A stretch of 64,000 nucleotides of DNA from a bacterium (GTDB lineage Bacteria > RBG-13-61-14 > DATKZS01): the NCBI GenBank assembly GCA_963674965.2, contig CAXXFL010000004.1:160001-224000 (forward strand), given 5' to 3'. The notes beneath the pieces were generated by a model. That model was given only the letters and a program-made list of their open reading frames with translations. It was not told the origin of the DNA and did not search any database. The position numbers and the translations under genes are program-made. Shown in pieces: positions 60,955 through 64,000 of the stretch; within the stretch, counting starts at the first letter, position 1, and every line of letters begins with the position of its first letter.

Positions 60955-61149
60955 GAAAGCATTTGTTATATCTCAGATGGAATGGTGCATTTTACCCCCC
61001 CATGGGGAAAATACATTTCAACTTATCTTGCCTAAAAGAAATCTAAAATTTATGGCCCGCCTAAATGACTGATATATTTATTAAACAACGAGTAGAGTCC
61101 AAAATTCTTCGCTTTAGGGTATTAGATAAATCTCTCGATGGGATTTAAA

Positions 61150-61165
61150 AGCAACGATCATGCCA
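61150..61165 (-). promoter_or_regulatory. sigma54 -24/-12 promoter for the hybrid kinase
   Basis: Minus strand TGGCATGATCGTTGCT, close to the TGGCAC-N5-TTGC consensus. Confidence 0.65.
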
Positions 61166-61557
61166 GCTTGAAAGGCGAAGTGGGTCTTTAAAACTTCATT
61201 TTTTTATCAAGGCGTATAATCTGAAAAGTGGGCAATGCAAAGAATCGGTCGAGATTTAAAGGCTCCCATGTCAATTGTCCCTGGAAATTGGCTTGTTTCT
61301 TGCCCGTTATTAAAAAGGCTTCCGACCATACGGAATTTCATATCGAGAAAAGCATGCACTAAACGGAGGTAAAACAAGGGGAAAACTCTGGCAAGTAAAG
61401 CGGAAAACCTGGGGCCGACATGGACAAAAAGGGGAATTATTTTGTCAAAAATAAGAAATTATTCTCATAATCGCCAAATCGCGGTATTAGGATGGCTTTA
61501 ATCAAGGACATTACCGTATCAAGCAAAAGCTTGAATTTCCAAAATTGGGAGGAGAAA

Positions 61558-61992
61558 ATGATCACGGCCCCAGATAATAACTCGGTTTCGTCCGCCTCCT
61601 CCATACAAGTCCTGCTCGTTGACGATTCCCCCGTAATAACCAACCTGGTCAAAATAATCTTGAAAAAAGCCGATCCCGAGGGCTACGACTTGACCTGCGT
61701 CGATACCTTGGAAAAAGCCTTGATTGTTTTGGGCGAGTCAAAGTTCGACGTTATCCTTCTTGACCTCGGCCTGCCCGACTCCGAGGGCTTGGCTACTTTC
61801 AACGCGATAAATAAGGCAAAAGGCGGCTCCGCTATCGTCGTGCAGAGCGGTAATGGAGACTCCGATCCGGTTATCTTAAAAATAAAGCACGAGGCGGACG
61901 ACTTTATAGACAAGCAACGGATAAGTCTTAATACCGTGACCGACGCGATTCGCCGCGCCGCCAAAAGCGCGTTGACAAAAAGGCATTCTTGA
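61558..61992 (+). CDS. Single-domain response regulator
   Basis: LLVDDS, LDLGLPDSEG, DFIDK; GGAGG-like RBS. Confidence 0.85.
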   Translation: MITAPDNNSVSSASSIQVLLVDDSPVITNLVKIILKKADPEGYDLTCVDTLEKALIVLGESKFDVILLDLGLPDSEGLATFNAINKAKGGSAIVVQSGNGDSDPVILKIKHEADDFIDKQRISLNTVTDAIRRAAKSALTKRHS

Positions 61993-62000
61993 ATTACCAT
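61972..62000 (+). promoter_or_regulatory. sigma70 promoter for tRNA-Thr
   Basis: TTGACA-17 nt-TACCAT. Confidence 0.65.
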
Positions 62001-62027
62001 TTATTTCTCCGGGATATTTCCTTCCAA

Positions 62028-62103
62028 GCCGGCGTAGCTCAGTTGGTAGAGCAGCTGATTCGTAATCAGCAGGTCGCGGGTTCGAATCCCATCGCCGGCT
62101 CCA
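62028..62103 (+). tRNA. tRNA-Thr(CGT)
   Basis: GCCGGCGTAGCTCAGTTGGTAGAGC, anticodon loop TTCGTAA, TTCGAAT T-loop, CCA end. Confidence 0.96.
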
Positions 62104-62162
62104 TTTTTTTGCGCTAAACTTCCTGATTATAAAAGACTTTTCGAATATAATCCCCTAACGGG

Positions 62163-63257
62163 CTAATGTTTCTTCGAGGTCCGTCGCTGAAGTTCGGCGA
62201 GTTCTTTTAAAGGACGTTCCTGAAGATTAAGCCCACCCGAAGCGGCTTCCCAGCGATATACGCTCGCCGGAGTGACGCCGAGTTCGCGGGCGAATTGCGC
62301 GACGGACATCCCCATTTTCTTGCGCAGCCGGGCAATGGACTTGCCAGTGGGACGAATCCTTGGCAAGGGCTGAGAATTGGTTTTGGCGGAGGCGCGAGAG
62401 GTTTGGGCTTGTCTGATTTTTTCCGGATTGGCGGCTTTTTGTGAATTCTTTCGCTTTTTGGAGGGCGCCTTTGTTGATTTCCCGGCGGCGCGGGAAGGTC
62501 TTTTCGTTTCCTTGGTTTTTCCTGGACCTTTTTTTCGATCTTCGCTTTCAGTATCGATATCTATACCGAAAATGTCTCCCAGTTGTTCGTCAGCGATCGT
62601 ATCGGCGGCGTCGCCCGCCTGGGCCTTGGGCAGGGATATCCCGGCGGAAATGAGTTCTTGCGCGTCCACTCCTCGCAGTAAAAAAAGTAACTCGGGCCTG
62701 TCGTCGAGCCGGCTGCCCACTCCGTAAAGAACCGCGGCCACATGTTTGCACATGACCGCCCAATCGGGACAACTGCACCTTAGTTTTATCTCACCGGGCT
62801 TGGGGAAAAGTCCATTTTCGCGGTCGGTCACGATGGCCATTACCTGGTCCGAGAGTTTGCCCTTGAGCAGCTCCAGCATCGAACCGATCCGACCGGAACA
62901 CTTTTCCTTGATGGATTTCCATTTCTTGTCCTGGAGTTTATCGATTCTGATGGAAACGCCGTATAGTTCGGTACCGCTGACAATGGCGTCGATCCGGCCG
63001 GCTTTAACTTCGAGGTGACAGACCGAGCCGTTGCGCACATAGGCGCGGCCCCGCGGCAAACGGTTTTCAAAATCGGAGAAAGATTCGAGATGGTCGCACC
63101 ATCCCTTGCCCCAGAAGCTGCGCGCGATAGTCCTTCCGCCAATTTCGACTGGACAGACGTCTTTTCCCTTCTTGCGAAGTTTATTCATCTCCCTAAGCGC
63201 CTTGGCTCGCCGTTCCGCCACCGAGACGTACCTGGGATATCCGTTCCAATAAGACAT
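62163..63257 (-). CDS. SWIM zinc-finger protein with C-terminal XRE-type HTH
   Basis: RLPRGRAYVRNG, CSCPDWAVMCKH; IARLRKKMGMSVAQFARELGVTPASVYRWE. Confidence 0.88.
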   Translation of the reverse strand: MSYWNGYPRYVSVAERRAKALREMNKLRKKGKDVCPVEIGGRTIARSFWGKGWCDHLESFSDFENRLPRGRAYVRNGSVCHLEVKAGRIDAIVSGTELYGVSIRIDKLQDKKWKSIKEKCSGRIGSMLELLKGKLSDQVMAIVTDRENGLFPKPGEIKLRCSCPDWAVMCKHVAAVLYGVGSRLDDRPELLFLLRGVDAQELISAGISLPKAQAGDAADTIADEQLGDIFGIDIDTESEDRKKGPGKTKETKRPSRAAGKSTKAPSKKRKNSQKAANPEKIRQAQTSRASAKTNSQPLPRIRPTGKSIARLRKKMGMSVAQFARELGVTPASVYRWEAASGGLNLQERPLKELAELQRRTSKKH

Positions 63258-63267
63258 GTGCTACACC

Positions 63268-64000
63268 TTACATTGTCGCCCGATTCACGTCGAGCCGGAC
63301 AAGTTCGATCAGTTCATCGTCGGGCAATTCCGTCAACTTAACCTCACCGTCCGTGGACAGTATTTCATCCGCTAATTTCCTCTTTTCCGAAATAAGGGCG
63401 TCAATCCTCTCCTCGACCGTTCCGCTTGTAATGAACTTATGCACCAACACGTTGCGCTTCTGGCCGATGCGAAAGGCCCGGTCGGTGGCCTGGTTTTCCA
63501 CGGCCGGGTTCCACCACCGATCAAAGTGGATCACGTGAGAGGCCGCTGTTAAATTAAGCCCCGTTCCTCCTGCCTTCAATGACAGGATAAAAAATGGCGG
63601 CCCGTCGTCATCCTGGAACTCGTCGACTATGAACTTACGCTTTTTGACGCTTGTGCCGCCGTGCAGGATCAGTCCGGGCCGTCCGAAAACCCCGGCCAGG
63701 TGGTCCGCCAGCGGCTCGATTATCTCACGGAACTGGGTGAAGACCAATACCTTGTCCTGCCGCTCGGCCAGCTCGGCGCAAATATCCGCCAGTCGGAGGA
63801 ACTTGCCGCTATCCGTCGGATTGTACTCGCCATCGCCGGTAAGCTGACTGGGGTGGTTGCATATCTGCTTCAGGCGTAAAAGAGATTGCAGAACCAGGCC
63901 GCGTCGCTCGATTCCGTCGGATGACTCCAGCGAACGCTTCATGGCCCGCACGGTTTTTTCATAAAGCTTTATCTGCCGTTTGGTGAGAGTGCAATAGCGC
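63268..64000 (-). CDS. SNF2-family helicase/ATPase (C-terminal part; 5' end outside the window)
   Basis: LKQICNHP, SLKAGGTGLNLTAA, DRWWNPAVENQATDRAFRIGQ. Confidence 0.95.
   Translation of the reverse strand, partial: RYCTLTKRQIKLYEKTVRAMKRSLESSDGIERRGLVLQSLLRLKQICNHPSQLTGDGEYNPTDSGKFLRLADICAELAERQDKVLVFTQFREIIEPLADHLAGVFGRPGLILHGGTSVKKRKFIVDEFQDDDGPPFFILSLKAGGTGLNLTAASHVIHFDRWWNPAVENQATDRAFRIGQKRNVLVHKFITSGTVEERIDALISEKRKLADEILSTDGEVKLTELPDDELIELVRLDVNRATM

Overview
GC-rich bacterial chromosomal segment; the gene content suggests a Deltaproteobacteria-like anaerobe (inference). Left to right: priA (cut by the window edge), a GldA/F/G-DUF4340 ABC operon, a UGA-recoded AhpC/TSA-like selenoprotein that the ORF track misses, a transposase remnant, lipoproteins, dodecin, tRNA-Lys, an acetate module (sensor kinase, response regulator, OFA-type MFS, acs, AcuC deacetylase, CoA-hydrolase-GNAT fusion), GH28, dapA-dapB, YfhO, a two-subunit CoA-transferase, an intact IS110, tatD-metG, sulfatase-TPR, an M6 protease, an ArnT-type glycosyltransferase, a tldD-resB-selA-selB-selC run, GH20, TetR, FHA and hybrid-kinase signalling genes, tRNA-Thr, and a SWIM-HTH/SNF2 pair at the right edge. 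The strongest observations are: (1) a UxxC selenoprotein with a SECIS-like hairpin in the same window as selABC; (2) a tRNA-Sec that folds 7/5 rather than the canonical bacterial 8/5; (3) an IS110 bounded by TAGG that sits in a Shine-Dalgarno sequence and carries a strongly folded, bridge-RNA-like leader; (4) an acetylation/deacetylation cassette around acs. All calls come from reading motifs by eye; no database searches were run.
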